Assembly (NCBI GenBank): GCA_963820525.1
Contig: CAWGAA010000003.1
Coordinates: 256,001 to 320,000, forward strand
Direction of reading: 5' to 3'
Origin: an uncultured Spirochaetota bacterium
GTDB lineage: Bacteria > Spirochaetota > Spirochaetia > SZUA-6 > Fen-1364
Length of the DNA: 64,000 bases
The notes beneath the pieces were generated by a model, which searched no databases, had not been told where the DNA came from, and saw only the letters and a list, made by a program, of their open reading frames with translations. The position numbers and the translations under genes were made by a program. Within the stretch, counting starts at the first letter, position 1; the number at the start of each line of letters is the position of its first letter. This document shows, in pieces, positions 31,889 through 42,589 of the stretch.

Positions 31889-33898
31889 TCACGCGCCCGC
31901 GCTCTGGATCGACATCACCGAGGGGATGGTCCGCAGGCTCTTCATGACCTTGCCGAAGTCCTCGCGGTTGTCCAGCTCCACCGTGAAGGAGCCCCGCAGC
32001 ACCTCGCGGTCGTTCTCCTCCAGCTTCCCCTCGATGAGGTGACCGCCGAACTTCTTGATGGCTCCCTCGATCTCCGAGAACAGGTTCGCCGTGAGGTGGG
32101 CGGTGACCTGGAACCGGCGGGTGGATTTGGGCGAAACGGTCTCCCACTCCACCTCGATGTGCCTCTCCGCGAAGTCCTTGATCGATGACACGTTGGGGCA
32201 GTCGAGCTTGTGCACCGTGATCCCGCGGCCGCGGGAGACATAGCCCACGATTGCGTCCCCCGTGGATGGGTTGCAGCACTGGGCCGTCCTGATCATCATG
32301 TTGCGCTCCGCCCCGATCCTGATGGCCACCTTGTTGGGGTCCCGGATGCGCGTCTCGGGCTCCCCCTCGACTTCCTTCTTTTTCTGCACAACAAGGGGCT
32401 GGTGCGTTTCCCCCGCCTTCTTCTTGGCGACGATGTTCCTGTCGAAGATCAGCTCCGGCTCATTGGCCACGAGCCAGTGGCGGATCTTGGAGCGGGCGCG
32501 CGCAGTCTTGACGTAGCGCAGCCAGTCCAGGTGCGGATGGGCCGTGTTGGCCGTGAGAATCTCCACAACCTGGGTGTTCTTCAGCGTCTCCTTCAGCGGG
32601 ATGATGGCCCCGTCCGCCTTGGCCCCCATGCAGTGGTCTCCGATGTCGGTGTGGATGCGGTAGGCGAAATCGATGGCCGTGGAGCCGAAGGGAAGCTCGA
32701 TGGCGTCACCCTTGGGAGTGAAGACGTAGATCGAGTCTCCCAGGATCTCCCTCTTGATCTCCTCCAGGAAGTCTCCCGAGGCGGAGGTGGCGCTCTGCCA
32801 CTCCATCAGCCTGGATATCAGGGAGATGTCCTGGGGCTTCACCGAATCCTTGGGAACGCCGCTCTTGTAGAGCCAATGCGCCGCGATCCCGTTCTCCGCG
32901 GTCCTGTGCATGTCCTGGGTGCGGATCTGGATCTCGATGATCTTGCCCTCGTAGCCCATGACCGTCGTGTGCAGGCTCTGGTAGCGGTTGCTCTTGGGCA
33001 TGGCGATGTAGTCCTTGAACCTGCCCTCGATCGGCATCCACAGCTTGTGCACCAGGCCCAGAAGCTCGTAGCACTCGCTCGCGGTCTCGCAGAGGATCCG
33101 CAGGCCCAGAAGGTCGTAGATCTCCTCCAGGGATTTCGCGCGGCGGCGCATCTTCTGATAGATGGAATAGAAGTGCTTGGCGCGCGATTCGATCTGCACA
33201 TGCAGCCCTGCGGCGCCCGCCTCTGCGGTGATCGCCTCGCTCACTCTTGTGAGGTAAGCGGCCCGTTCGTCCTTCTTCTGGGCCACGAAATGCCTGATCT
33301 GATCGAAGACCTGGGGCTGGAGGTGCTTCATGGCCAGGTCCTCCAGCTCGTCCTTGATCCGCGAGATCCCCAGCCTCCCGGCCAGCGGGGCGTAGATGTC
33401 GAGGGTCTCCATGGCGATTCGCTTCCTGTCCTCCTCGGGGAGAAAGCCGAGGGTGCGCATGTTGTGCAGCTTGTCGGCCAGCTTGATCAGGATCACGCGG
33501 ATGTCCTTCACCATGGCGAAGAGCATCTTCCTGATGGTCTCGGCATGCTGCATGGAGCGGGACTTTCCGCGCAGGATGGAGATCTTGGTCACGCCCTGCA
33601 CCAGGCTCTCCACCTCCTTGCCGAACTGCTTTCGAAGCTCCGCCCGGCCGATCCCCGTGTCCTCCAGCACGTCGTGCAGCAGTGCGGCGATGACGGCCTG
33701 GGAATCCATGCGGAGATCCACGAGGATGGAGGCGACGTTCAGGGGGTGGAAGAAAAACGGGTCTCCCGAAGCCCGCTTCTGGTCGCCGTGGAGCTTCTGC
33801 GCCCACAGGGCGGCGGCCAGGATCCGCTCCTTTTCCTCCGGCGGATAGACGGAGAGCTTTTCGCCGAAGAACTCGAGGAGCTCGGAGACCTCATCCAT
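31889..33898 (-). CDS. relA: Bifunctional (p)ppGpp synthetase/hydrolase (Rel/SpoT)
   Basis: ALLHDVLEDT, IKLADKLHNMRTL, YQSLHTT, EIQIRT, TGS (VFTPKG), CCNP, ACT-like C-terminus. Confidence 0.93.
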   Translation of the reverse strand: MDEVSELLEFFGEKLSVYPPEEKERILAAALWAQKLHGDQKRASGDPFFFHPLNVASILVDLRMDSQAVIAALLHDVLEDTGIGRAELRKQFGKEVESLVQGVTKISILRGKSRSMQHAETIRKMLFAMVKDIRVILIKLADKLHNMRTLGFLPEEDRKRIAMETLDIYAPLAGRLGISRIKDELEDLAMKHLQPQVFDQIRHFVAQKKDERAAYLTRVSEAITAEAGAAGLHVQIESRAKHFYSIYQKMRRRAKSLEEIYDLLGLRILCETASECYELLGLVHKLWMPIEGRFKDYIAMPKSNRYQSLHTTVMGYEGKIIEIQIRTQDMHRTAENGIAAHWLYKSGVPKDSVKPQDISLISRLMEWQSATSASGDFLEEIKREILGDSIYVFTPKGDAIELPFGSTAIDFAYRIHTDIGDHCMGAKADGAIIPLKETLKNTQVVEILTANTAHPHLDWLRYVKTARARSKIRHWLVANEPELIFDRNIVAKKKAGETHQPLVVQKKKEVEGEPETRIRDPNKVAIRIGAERNMMIRTAQCCNPSTGDAIVGYVSRGRGITVHKLDCPNVSSIKDFAERHIEVEWETVSPKSTRRFQVTAHLTANLFSEIEGAIKKFGGHLIEGKLEENDREVLRGSFTVELDNREDFGKVMKSLRTIPSVMSIQSAGA

Positions 33899-34776
33899 GG
33901 GCCTGGCTCCCTTCCCGGCTGCCGGCGGCTTCCACCGCCTCCAGCATCCCGGATATCACCCTCTGCCGCCCGCCGAGGTCCTTGTCGACCTCGAGGTTTC
34001 GAAAACCGGCCTGGTCCATGAGGGCGAACAGCTTGATGAACTGGTCGGGGGCCGCTTCCAGGATGAGCCACCCCCGGGGTTTCAGCTTCGTCGCGGCGCC
34101 GCGGATGAGACGGGCCGCCACCTGGGTGCCGTCCTTGCCGCCCCGCAGGCTCACCGGGGGCTCCGGCCAGCCGATCCTCACCATGTCGTCCACCTCTCCG
34201 TCGCGGAGGTAGGGGGGGTTGGCGGTGATCACGTCGAAGCCGGAAGGAACGCCGTCCAGGAGGTCCGAGGTGTAAAAGGGGATCTCGCTTCCGAGGAGCC
34301 GCTCGGCGTTGAGCCGGAACACCTCACCGGCCGCGGGAGAGATGTCGGAGGCGCTCACGCGAAGCTCCGGCGCCATGCGCTTGAGGGTGATCCCGATGCA
34401 GCCGGATCCCGTGCACGTGTCGTGCAGGTCGCGGATCCACGGCTCGGCGCGGCGAAGCTCGAGCACCCTTTCGATGAGCGTCTCCGTATCCGGCCGGGGA
34501 ACGAGGCACCCGCTCGTCGACGTAGAACTCCAGCCCGTAGAACTCCTTGGCGCGCCTGATGTAAGAGACCGGTTTTCCCCCCGCCCGCTGGTCGAGAAAC
34601 TCCCGGAAGCGCCTCTCCGCCTCGCCGTCCACCTCCTCGGGGAGGGAGGCGAGGACCTTCTCCTTTCGGAGGCCCATGGCAAAGGCCAGGAGCACCGCCG
34701 CGTCCAGAAAGGGGGTGTCGGCTTCAGCGTAGAAGAGGGTCCGATAACCGCTCGTCAGGAGCTGTCGTACCGTCAT
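33891..34776 (-). CDS. prmC: Release factor glutamine methyltransferase (frameshift at 34505-34506)
   Basis: [18 protein letters not shown] then [21 protein letters not shown] in the next frame; follows prfA. Confidence 0.92.
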
Positions 34777-35843
34777 GCGCTCTCCGACGTGAGGAACACC
34801 TCCTGGGCGTTGAGCTTCAGCGCATCCACCAGCTCCCCGATGTCCCCCTTCATCACGGCGTCCAGCCTGTAGAGGGTCAGGTTGATCCGGTGCTCAGTGA
34901 CGCGGTTCTGCGGGAAGTTGTAGGTGCGGATCTTCTCCGAGCGGTCTCCCGAGCCGATCTGGCTCTTCCTCGCCTGCGCCCGTTCCTTGTGCTTGCGCTC
35001 TTCCTCCGCCTCATAGAGGCGCGCGCGAAGGATCCGCAGAGCCTTGGCCTTGTTCTTGTGCTGGCTCTTCTCGTCCTGGCAGTGCACAACGATTCCCGAT
35101 GGAATATGGGTGACGCGCACGGCCGAGTCCGTGGTGTTGACGCTCTGCCCGCCCGGCCCTCCGGAGCGCATCACGTCGATGCGAAGGTCGTTGGGATCGA
35201 TCTCGATCTCGGTTTCCTCCACTTCGGGCAGCACCGCCACCGTCACCGCCGAGGTATGGATCCGACCGCCCGCCTCGGTGGCCGGCACCCTCTGCACGCG
35301 GTGCACCCCGCTCTCGTAGCGCAGGTCCGCGTACACGTTCTTTCCCGTGATGGAGAGAATGATCTCCTTGAAGCCCCCGACCTCCGTGGGGCTGGAGGAC
35401 ATGATCTCAATCTTCCATTTGCGGCTTTCGGCGAAGTAGGAGTACATGCGGTAGAGGTCCGCCGCGAAGAGGCTCGCCTCGTCTCCTCCCGTGCCCGCCC
35501 GGATCTCCATGATCGTGTTCTTCACGTCCATGGGGTCCTTGGGGACGAGGAGGACCTTGAGGCCGGCGAGGAGGGCATCCTTTTTCGCCTCCAGCTCCTT
35601 GAGCTCTTCGCGCGCCAGCTCCCGAAGCTCCCTGTCCTCCGTCCCCTCGGCGAGGGCCTTGTTCGACTCTATCTCGCGCTCGACCTTTCGAAACTTCTCG
35701 AACTCCGCGGCCAGGTCCGCCAGCGCCGCATGCTCCTGGCGAAGCTCCCGGTAGCGCTTCTGATCCCGCGGCGCTTCGGGGTCCGCGATGAGTGCCGTCA
35801 GCTCCTCGTACCTGCGTACGCTCTTTTCGAGTTTTTCTATCAC
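34773..35843 (-). CDS. prfA: Peptide chain release factor 1
   Basis: [21 protein letters not shown] (PxT), [16 protein letters not shown] start. Confidence 0.96.
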   Translation of the reverse strand: MIEKLEKSVRRYEELTALIADPEAPRDQKRYRELRQEHAALADLAAEFEKFRKVEREIESNKALAEGTEDRELRELAREELKELEAKKDALLAGLKVLLVPKDPMDVKNTIMEIRAGTGGDEASLFAADLYRMYSYFAESRKWKIEIMSSSPTEVGGFKEIILSITGKNVYADLRYESGVHRVQRVPATEAGGRIHTSAVTVAVLPEVEETEIEIDPNDLRIDVMRSGGPGGQSVNTTDSAVRVTHIPSGIVVHCQDEKSQHKNKAKALRILRARLYEAEEERKHKERAQARKSQIGSGDRSEKIRTYNFPQNRVTEHRINLTLYRLDAVMKGDIGELVDALKLNAQEVFLTSESA

Positions 35844-35856
35844 CGAAGCGGCACCT

Positions 35857-36030
35857 TTAGAACCTCTCCTTGAACAGGGGGCACGTATAGATGACGATTT
35901 CCATTCCCTGGGAGGAAGGGTCTCTGATTTCAGCAACCGAATCCGTTATCCTGCCGCGCACGGGGCAGGCGTCGATCTTGGTGCACAGCGGGCACGCGCC
36001 GTTGTCGCGTGGATTGAGATGAATCTCCAT
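35857..36030 (-). CDS. 57-aa Cys-rich protein, first gene of prfA-prmC-rel operon
   Basis: CPLC-x5-C...YTCP; TTGATC-17-TACCAT-6nt-ATG. Confidence 0.7.
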   Translation of the reverse strand: MEIHLNPRDNGACPLCTKIDACPVRGRITDSVAEIRDPSSQGMEIVIYTCPLFKERF

Positions 36031-36103
36031 ACGCTCATGGTACCAAAAAAGGCAATGGGGATCAACTTGATAGCCTTCCGCAAATCGCGATATCATCGCT
36101 TCC

Positions 36104-37228
36104 GTGGGAATCGTGGACAAGTCAATCGTGCGGCCCGTCCTCGACGCGATAAACGACCTTCGCTCCTGCCGCCAGGAGCTGGACGTCTACTATCAGATCG
36201 TGGACCTCTTCTGCTGTCAGTGGCTGGACAGGCCCCGCGCCGGGATGAGCCTCGAAGAGGAGGAGACGATCTACCTCGCGCACGAGCTTCTTCGGGAGTA
36301 CCTGCGCTTCGAGGGCAACAACAGGCGCGTGGCCCTGTGGCTGCTCACGATAAACCGCTGCTGCCGCAACGCCACGGTGGACCTCGATCCGATTCGAAGC
36401 GAGTTCTCGGGAAGCCTCCGCGTGGCTGACCTCGACTTCGACAGAACCCTTTTGGCCCCCATCCTGGAAAAGGTCCGGCTCTTCGAATCCACGCATGAGT
36501 TCGCCACTTCCCAGACGCTCGGAAGCCAGGATACGATGGGCTCCTTCTACCAATGGATCGGGATCTATTGCACCTACGTGTATCCGCGCCTGCGGGAGGA
36601 CGCGCAGGCCTGCGACCGGTCAATGGTGAGCACACTGGCCTTTCTCATATCCGAGTTCATCTCGCTGAAGGAGAACGTGAGCAGGGTGGCGGCGCTTCTC
36701 CTTGCCATCAAGGAGGCCTGCGTCTACGGCCGGCCGCAGCCTCCCACCCAGGCCGCGGAAATCGACGGCGCCGTGGCGGCGGGAACCGAAACGGAGCTGG
36801 TGGAGCAGATCCTCGAGAGGCTCGGAGCGGAATCCGCCGGCGGCCGAAGCGAGGAGCCGGCGCCCGCCGGCTCTGTCGAGGAGGCGATCCGCGCGGCGGC
36901 GGCGCGCATCGAGTCCGCCGAGCCGTCCGCCCTCCCCGACGCCATCGCCGCGGCAGAACGCTGGAGCCGGGATGCCGCCGCCCGCGATCCGCAAGGCACG
37001 CGGCTGGAGCTTGAGGCCCTGCTTTCGCGCGAAGCGCGCCGCTCGCGTGAGGCCGCGCTCAGGATGGCGGCCGAGCTTCGCTCCCGGCCCGCCGCGGCGG
37101 GCGTCCAGCTGCAGGAGAGGCTTCGCCGCTCGCAGCCGGGCGGCCGCGGGCTTCTGGCGAGGCTCATCGCTCTTGCAATGTTCGAGGCAGCCGCCAATCC
37201 CGAGGCGCCGCGGCAGCCCTCACTCTGA
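36104..37228 (+). CDS. Hypothetical protein with internally duplicated N-terminal domain
   Basis: 374-aa ORF filling the gap; residues ~5-87 resemble ~113-206; Ala/Arg/Glu-rich tail. Confidence 0.65.
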   Translation: MGIVDKSIVRPVLDAINDLRSCRQELDVYYQIVDLFCCQWLDRPRAGMSLEEEETIYLAHELLREYLRFEGNNRRVALWLLTINRCCRNATVDLDPIRSEFSGSLRVADLDFDRTLLAPILEKVRLFESTHEFATSQTLGSQDTMGSFYQWIGIYCTYVYPRLREDAQACDRSMVSTLAFLISEFISLKENVSRVAALLLAIKEACVYGRPQPPTQAAEIDGAVAAGTETELVEQILERLGAESAGGRSEEPAPAGSVEEAIRAAAARIESAEPSALPDAIAAAERWSRDAAARDPQGTRLELEALLSREARRSREAALRMAAELRSRPAAAGVQLQERLRRSQPGGRGLLARLIALAMFEAAANPEAPRQPSL

Positions 37229-38557
37229 GACAAGCAGCCGCTTGATCTCCTCGCTTTTTTCCAGCGCGATCCGCTCGGAACGGGCTTCCAGGCGAAGCCG
37301 CAGGAGCGGCTCCGTGTTGCTGGGCCGCACGTTGAACCAGTAGTCCTCCGTCTCGACCGAAACCCCGTCGAGGGTGGATATCTTTGCCGCCGCGTACCCC
37401 TTGCTGACCGCGTCGAGGGCTTTCCCCTTGTCCGCCACCTCGACGTTGATCTCGGGTGACTGGAAGTACCTGCCGCGAAGCGGGTCCACGAGCTGGGAGA
37501 GCTTCTTTCCCCGCCTGGCCAGGAGGCGGAGCAGGAGGACCAGGGCGTAGGCGGCGCTCTCCGTGTAGTAGCTGTCCGTCACCTTGAAGTAAACGTGACC
37601 CGAGGTTTCCCCGCCGAAGAGGGCCCCACTTGCCACCATTTTATCGTAGAGAAACGTGTAGCCGACCTTGGAGATCACCGGCCGGCCTCCAGCCTCGGCG
37701 ATCCGCTCGGGAAGCACGCGGGAGGAGATGAGATCGTAGACGATGGCGCTGCCCGGCTTCCTGCTCAACACCTCCTCCGCGATCAGGCAGCTCAGAAAGT
37801 AGTTCTCGATGCTCTGTCCCTTCTCGTCGACGAAAAGGATCCTGTCCCCGTCCCCGTCGAGGATGACTGCAAAGTCCGCTTTTGCCGAAACCACGGCGGA
37901 TGCGGCCTGCTTCTTCGATTCCGCCTTGAGGGGATTGGGATCGTGGTTGGGGAAGTTTCCGTCGGGGTCCGCGTTCAGGACCGTGGCGCTTATCCCCAGC
38001 CGATCCGTGAGGCGGCTGAAAACCCGGCCCGCCGAGCCGTTCGACGCGTCGATCACGACGCGGCCTGAGAGCTTCTCACCTCCTGCGGCGGAGGCGACGA
38101 ACTCCACGTACTCCTCGAGGCTGTCTGATTCTGAAAATGGCTTTGCAGGGAGCGTCGGGGGCGCTGGAATCTTGGCCACCATGACCTCCACGTCCTTCAA
38201 CCCCTTGTCGTAGCTGAGAGAGCCTCCCTTGGAGTCGAAGACCTTGAAACCGTGGTATTCCTTGGGGTTATGGGAGGCCGTCACCATGATCCCCGCCTCC
38301 ACCTTCCTGTTGATCTGGGTGTAATGGAGCTGGGGCGTACTCACAAGCCCGATCCCGCTCGCCTTCCTGCCCTCTTCGATTATTCCGGCAGCGACGGCCC
38401 GATACAGTGCCGGCGAGTGAATCCGGGCATCGTGGCCCAAGAGGAAGGCTCCCCCCTTCATGTAGCGTGCAAGAGCCCTGCCCAGCCTGTACCCCAGGGA
38501 CTCATCCAGCTCTTTTCCGTAGATTCCGCGAATATCATAAGTCTTGAATACGCTCAT
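37220..38557 (-). CDS. Phosphomannomutase/phosphoglucomutase
   Basis: FKTYDIRG, TASHNP, DGDGDR, GETSGH, RPSNTEP. Confidence 0.94.
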   Translation of the reverse strand: MSVFKTYDIRGIYGKELDESLGYRLGRALARYMKGGAFLLGHDARIHSPALYRAVAAGIIEEGRKASGIGLVSTPQLHYTQINRKVEAGIMVTASHNPKEYHGFKVFDSKGGSLSYDKGLKDVEVMVAKIPAPPTLPAKPFSESDSLEEYVEFVASAAGGEKLSGRVVIDASNGSAGRVFSRLTDRLGISATVLNADPDGNFPNHDPNPLKAESKKQAASAVVSAKADFAVILDGDGDRILFVDEKGQSIENYFLSCLIAEEVLSRKPGSAIVYDLISSRVLPERIAEAGGRPVISKVGYTFLYDKMVASGALFGGETSGHVYFKVTDSYYTESAAYALVLLLRLLARRGKKLSQLVDPLRGRYFQSPEINVEVADKGKALDAVSKGYAAAKISTLDGVSVETEDYWFNVRPSNTEPLLRLRLEARSERIALEKSEEIKRLLVSE

Positions 38558-38723
38558 AGTGATATATGTATCAAGTCCGGTTGGCTTAGGGAAGCGGCTT
38601 TTCCTCCTTTTCTCCCGGCGGCACATTTTCCTTGACAATGGAGGACGTCTCCGGGTACCTTTTGGACTTGCCCGGAGTTGATTTTCGACCACCAATGCAA
38701 ACAGATAGGGGTTGTAAGTAGGA

Positions 38724-40613
38724 ATGGGGCCAACTCTTATTGGTCTGCTGCAGGAATCCGTCGTCAAGTACGCCTCCCTTGCGGCGCTCAAGACACGCAA
38801 CCCCGACGGAAGCTTCCTGACCTTGACCTTCGCGGAGCTCTATCAGGCTGTCAGGGAGCTGGGCACCGGGCTCATCTCCATCGGATTGCAGCCGAAGAAG
38901 CACGTGGCCATCGTGGCGGAGAACAACCATCGGTGGCTGGTCTCGGATCTGGCGATCCTTGGCTGCGGCGGGGTGGATGTGCCCCTTTCCGCCCATATCT
39001 CGGATCGCGAGCTTTCCTACATCCTGTCCCATTCCGACTGCGAGCTGGCGCTGGTTGAGAGCCAGGCCGTGCTCTCACGCCTGCTTGCCGTCCGCAGGCA
39101 CCTCCCCCGCTTGAGGAAGATCGTCTGCTTCGACCTGTCGGGCCCCAAGCCGAGGGTGGAAACCGAATGGGGCAGAATCCTCATCTACTCGTGGGACGAG
39201 GTCGTCAAGAAGGGCAAGACCAAGATCGGAAGGGGCGAACGGCAGTTCGACCTGCGGGCCGCGGGGGTCGTGCCCGGGGACATCGCCACTCTCCTCTACA
39301 CCTCCGGAACAACGGGAAAGCCCAAGGGAGTGATGCTCTCTCACGGCAACATCATGCACAACGTGATGACCGTCAACTCGAACATCAATCCCGCCCCGGG
39401 GATGATCTGGCTGTCGGTGCTCCCCGTCTGGCATTCTTTCGAGCGGACGGTGGAGTACTGCAGCCTCTACTTCGGAAGCACCATCGCCTACTCCCAGCCT
39501 TCGGAGTGGAAAATCTTCGATGACCTTCGAAGCCTCAAGCCCGAGTACCTGGTCGTGGTGCCCGCAATCCTGGAGAGCATCCAGAAGAGCATCGACAAGC
39601 GCATCGGGTTCGCGCAGCAGATCCTCATCCGCTTCGAGAGGTTCTACCTCGTGTTTTCCGGGTTCGTGATGGGACGGTTCCCCCGCTTCCGCCGGGAGGA
39701 GAGGTTCCTGGAGATTTTCGCCGCGATCCTCCCCCTCATCATCCTCTCGCCCATCAAGCTCATCTCCTACCTGTTCCTGCGGCGCGGGGTCAAATACCTC
39801 ATGGGGGGGAACCTCCGAGCCATCGTCTGCGGAGGCGGCGCGCTGCCGGCGTATGTGGACAGGTTCTTCGCCGCCTTGGGGGTTTCGATCCTCGAAGGCT
39901 ACGGCCTCACGGAGGCGGCTCCCATCGTGAGCGTGCGGGTTGAGAAATCTCCCGTTCTGGGAACCGTGGGAAAGCCCCTCCCCTACACCGAGATCAAGAT
40001 CGCGGGCGAAAACGGAGAAGAGCTCGCGCCGGGGAAAAAGGGCGCCGTGCTCATCAAGGGCCCGCAGGTCATGCAGGGGTACTACAAGGATCCGGAGGCC
40101 ACCAGCGAGGCCGTTTCCCCGGACGGGTGGCTGGCCACGGGGGACGCGGGAATGCTCACCCTGGACGGAAACCTCGTCGTCACGGGGCGCATGAAGCATG
40201 CAATCACGCTGCGCTCCGGTGAGAAGGTGGAGCCGGAGCCCATAGAGCTGGTCCTGCAGGAATCTCCCTACATCCAGGAAGCCGTCGTGGTGGGCGACAA
40301 GCGCGAATCCCTGGGGCTGCTCATCGCGCCCCAGATGGACACCCTCCGCCGTTTCGCGCAGGCCAAGCGGATCCCGTACTCCGACGACAGGGAGCTGGTG
40401 CGCAACCCGGCCGTCTTCCGCCTCTACCAGGAAGAGGTGCAGGCGAGGCTGGTGAACAATGGAATCGGCTTCCCCGGCGGTAGGGCGGCGAAGCTGGCCA
40501 TTCTTCCGGCGGGCTTCGAGGTGGGCAAGGAGCTCACGCGGACCCTCACCAAGAAGCGCGAGGTGATCTCGGAGATCTACGGCGGCGTCATCGAGAGGCT
40601 TTACCGCTCCTGA
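38724..40613 (+). CDS. Long-chain fatty acid--CoA ligase (AMP-binding)
   Basis: YTSGTTGKPKG, EGYGLTE, TGDAG, GEKVEP. Confidence 0.9.
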   Translation: MGPTLIGLLQESVVKYASLAALKTRNPDGSFLTLTFAELYQAVRELGTGLISIGLQPKKHVAIVAENNHRWLVSDLAILGCGGVDVPLSAHISDRELSYILSHSDCELALVESQAVLSRLLAVRRHLPRLRKIVCFDLSGPKPRVETEWGRILIYSWDEVVKKGKTKIGRGERQFDLRAAGVVPGDIATLLYTSGTTGKPKGVMLSHGNIMHNVMTVNSNINPAPGMIWLSVLPVWHSFERTVEYCSLYFGSTIAYSQPSEWKIFDDLRSLKPEYLVVVPAILESIQKSIDKRIGFAQQILIRFERFYLVFSGFVMGRFPRFRREERFLEIFAAILPLIILSPIKLISYLFLRRGVKYLMGGNLRAIVCGGGALPAYVDRFFAALGVSILEGYGLTEAAPIVSVRVEKSPVLGTVGKPLPYTEIKIAGENGEELAPGKKGAVLIKGPQVMQGYYKDPEATSEAVSPDGWLATGDAGMLTLDGNLVVTGRMKHAITLRSGEKVEPEPIELVLQESPYIQEAVVVGDKRESLGLLIAPQMDTLRRFAQAKRIPYSDDRELVRNPAVFRLYQEEVQARLVNNGIGFPGGRAAKLAILPAGFEVGKELTRTLTKKREVISEIYGGVIERLYRS

Positions 40614-42588
40614 AGCCTTCTCTCCTTTCCTTGGCCTGGGAAATCTCCACGCACAACTTCTCCCAACTCCTCATGAGCCCTTCATGCTCCGATCGGGCCG
40701 CGTGGTGCGCCTTGGTGAGGTCCCGCATGCGAAGCCCATCGGAATAGGATTCGGGGCGCGCCATCTCCTCTTCCAGCGCGCGGCTCCTGGCCTCCAGCGC
40801 CTCCAGGGATGCGAGCACTTCCCCTTCCCGCTTCTCCAGCGAGCGCAGGGCCGCCTTCAGCCGTTTGTCCTCCTGGCGCTCCAGAAGGGACGCGCTCGGG
40901 GATTCCTCCACTGCGGCGGCCCGTTCCCGCGGGCCGCCCGCCTCCCCGCCGGCTGCGGCCTGATCGGAGGCGGCCCGTTCCTGGGAGAGGCGCCGCTGGT
41001 AGTACTCGTAGCCTCCGGGGAAGAAGCGGGACCTCCCGTCCCTGATCTCGAGAACCGCGGTGGCAAGCTTGTCCAGGAAGTGACGGTCGTGAGAGACGAA
41101 GACCACGGCGGCCGGAAAGCTCGACAGGGCCTCCAGGAGCATGTCCTTGGAGGCAAGGTCGAGGTGGTTCGTCGGCTCGTCGAGGAAGAGGAGGTTGGAC
41201 GGCTTGAGGAGCAGAAGCAGGAGGGCAAGCCTGCTCTTTTCCCCGCCGCTCAAGACCGAGACGGGCTTGAACACGTCGTCACCGCGGAAGAGGAACGCGC
41301 CCAGCATGGTGCGAAGCTCCGGGATGAGCGAGGTGGGCGCAACCGCCTCCACCTCCTCGATCACCTGCCGCTCGCTCACCCATGCATCCGCGCTCTCCTG
41401 GGAAAAGGAGGCGGCGACGACCCCGGTCCCCAGGGAAAGCTCCCCGCCGTCCGGGTTTTCCCGCCCGCAGAGGATGCGAAGCAGCGTGGATTTCCCGGCC
41501 CCGTTGTGCCCGACCACGGCAAGCTTCTCTCCCCTCTCCAGCTGCACCTCGACGCCGCCGAACACGCGTTTGCCTCCATAGGACTTCAGTATGTCGTGGG
41601 CCGTGAGGAGCATCCGCCCCGACGGCGGCGGGGGCGGGAAGGAGAAGCGGAGAGTCTTGGCCACGGGCGGCATTTCGATGGGCGTGAGCTTTGCGAGATA
41701 CGTGATCCTGCTCTGCACCAGGCGCGCCTTGGAGGCGTTGTAGCGAAAGCGCCTGATGAACGCCTCCACCCGGGCTATCTCCTCCTGCTGAACGCGGTAG
41801 CGCTCCAGGATCGAGGAAAGCTCCGCCTGGCGCGCGAGCTCGTAGCGGGAGTAGTTGCCCGTGTACAACGACACGCGCGCGCTGTAGATCTCGGCCACGG
41901 AGCGAACCGTGACGTCGAGGAAGTACCGGTCGTGGGAAACGACCAACACCCCGCCGGGGAATCCGCCGAGGAACTCCTCCAGCCAGGTGCGCGCCTCCAG
42001 GTCGAGGTAGTTGGTGGGCTCGTCGAGAAGGAGAATATCGGGGCTCTCCAGAATGGCCTTGGCCAGCGCGATCCTCATCTGCCAGCCCGCCGAGAAATCG
42101 GATGCCGCCTTCCCGAGGTCCTCCCTGCCGAAACCCAGACCGCCGAGCACGCGCGAGATCGCCTCCGCGCGGCCCCAGTAGCCGCTCGCCTGGATGCGCT
42201 CATGAAGGTCATGGTGGCGCCGGAGAAGCTGTTCCGCGTCCGGCGACCCTTGCGTGAGCGCGCCGAGCCGTTCCTCGAGCTCTCTCATCTCGTCGAGGAT
42301 GAGCTTTCCATGAGCGAAGGCCTTTTCAATCTCTTCCGCCAGCGGAACCCCCGCGTGCACCACCCCGGACTGGGGCACGTAGGACACCCGCGTGTCCCTC
42401 TCCCGGACCACGGCTCCCGAATCCGGCCGCATCAGGTCGGCCATGATCCGCATCAGGGTGGTCTTGCCGCTGCCGTTGGGCCCCACGAGGGCGACGCGCG
42501 CCCCCGTTGAGAGCGTGAGGTTGACGGCGTCGAGAAGCGTCCGCGCCCCGAAGGAGACCGAGACGCCTGAAAGGGTTATCTGGGGCAT
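40588..42588 (-). CDS. ABC-F family ATPase
   Basis: Two ABC cassettes (GPNGSGKTT, GHNGAGKST, DEPTN twice), no TM segments, coiled C-terminus. Confidence 0.93.
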   Translation of the reverse strand: MPQITLSGVSVSFGARTLLDAVNLTLSTGARVALVGPNGSGKTTLMRIMADLMRPDSGAVVRERDTRVSYVPQSGVVHAGVPLAEEIEKAFAHGKLILDEMRELEERLGALTQGSPDAEQLLRRHHDLHERIQASGYWGRAEAISRVLGGLGFGREDLGKAASDFSAGWQMRIALAKAILESPDILLLDEPTNYLDLEARTWLEEFLGGFPGGVLVVSHDRYFLDVTVRSVAEIYSARVSLYTGNYSRYELARQAELSSILERYRVQQEEIARVEAFIRRFRYNASKARLVQSRITYLAKLTPIEMPPVAKTLRFSFPPPPPSGRMLLTAHDILKSYGGKRVFGGVEVQLERGEKLAVVGHNGAGKSTLLRILCGRENPDGGELSLGTGVVAASFSQESADAWVSERQVIEEVEAVAPTSLIPELRTMLGAFLFRGDDVFKPVSVLSGGEKSRLALLLLLLKPSNLLFLDEPTNHLDLASKDMLLEALSSFPAAVVFVSHDRHFLDKLATAVLEIRDGRSRFFPGGYEYYQRRLSQERAASDQAAAGGEAGGPRERAAAVEESPSASLLERQEDKRLKAALRSLEKREGEVLASLEALEARSRALEEEMARPESYSDGLRMRDLTKAHHAARSEHEGLMRSWEKLCVEISQAKERREGFRSGKASR

Positions 42589-42589
42589 C

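Noticed and set aside
32210..34021. Long antisense or alternate-frame ORFs (e.g. 32210-34021, 40684-42510, 50087-52744, 55465-57414, 57815-59389)
   Set aside because: They shadow well-supported genes and are expected in high-GC DNA; no motifs recognised
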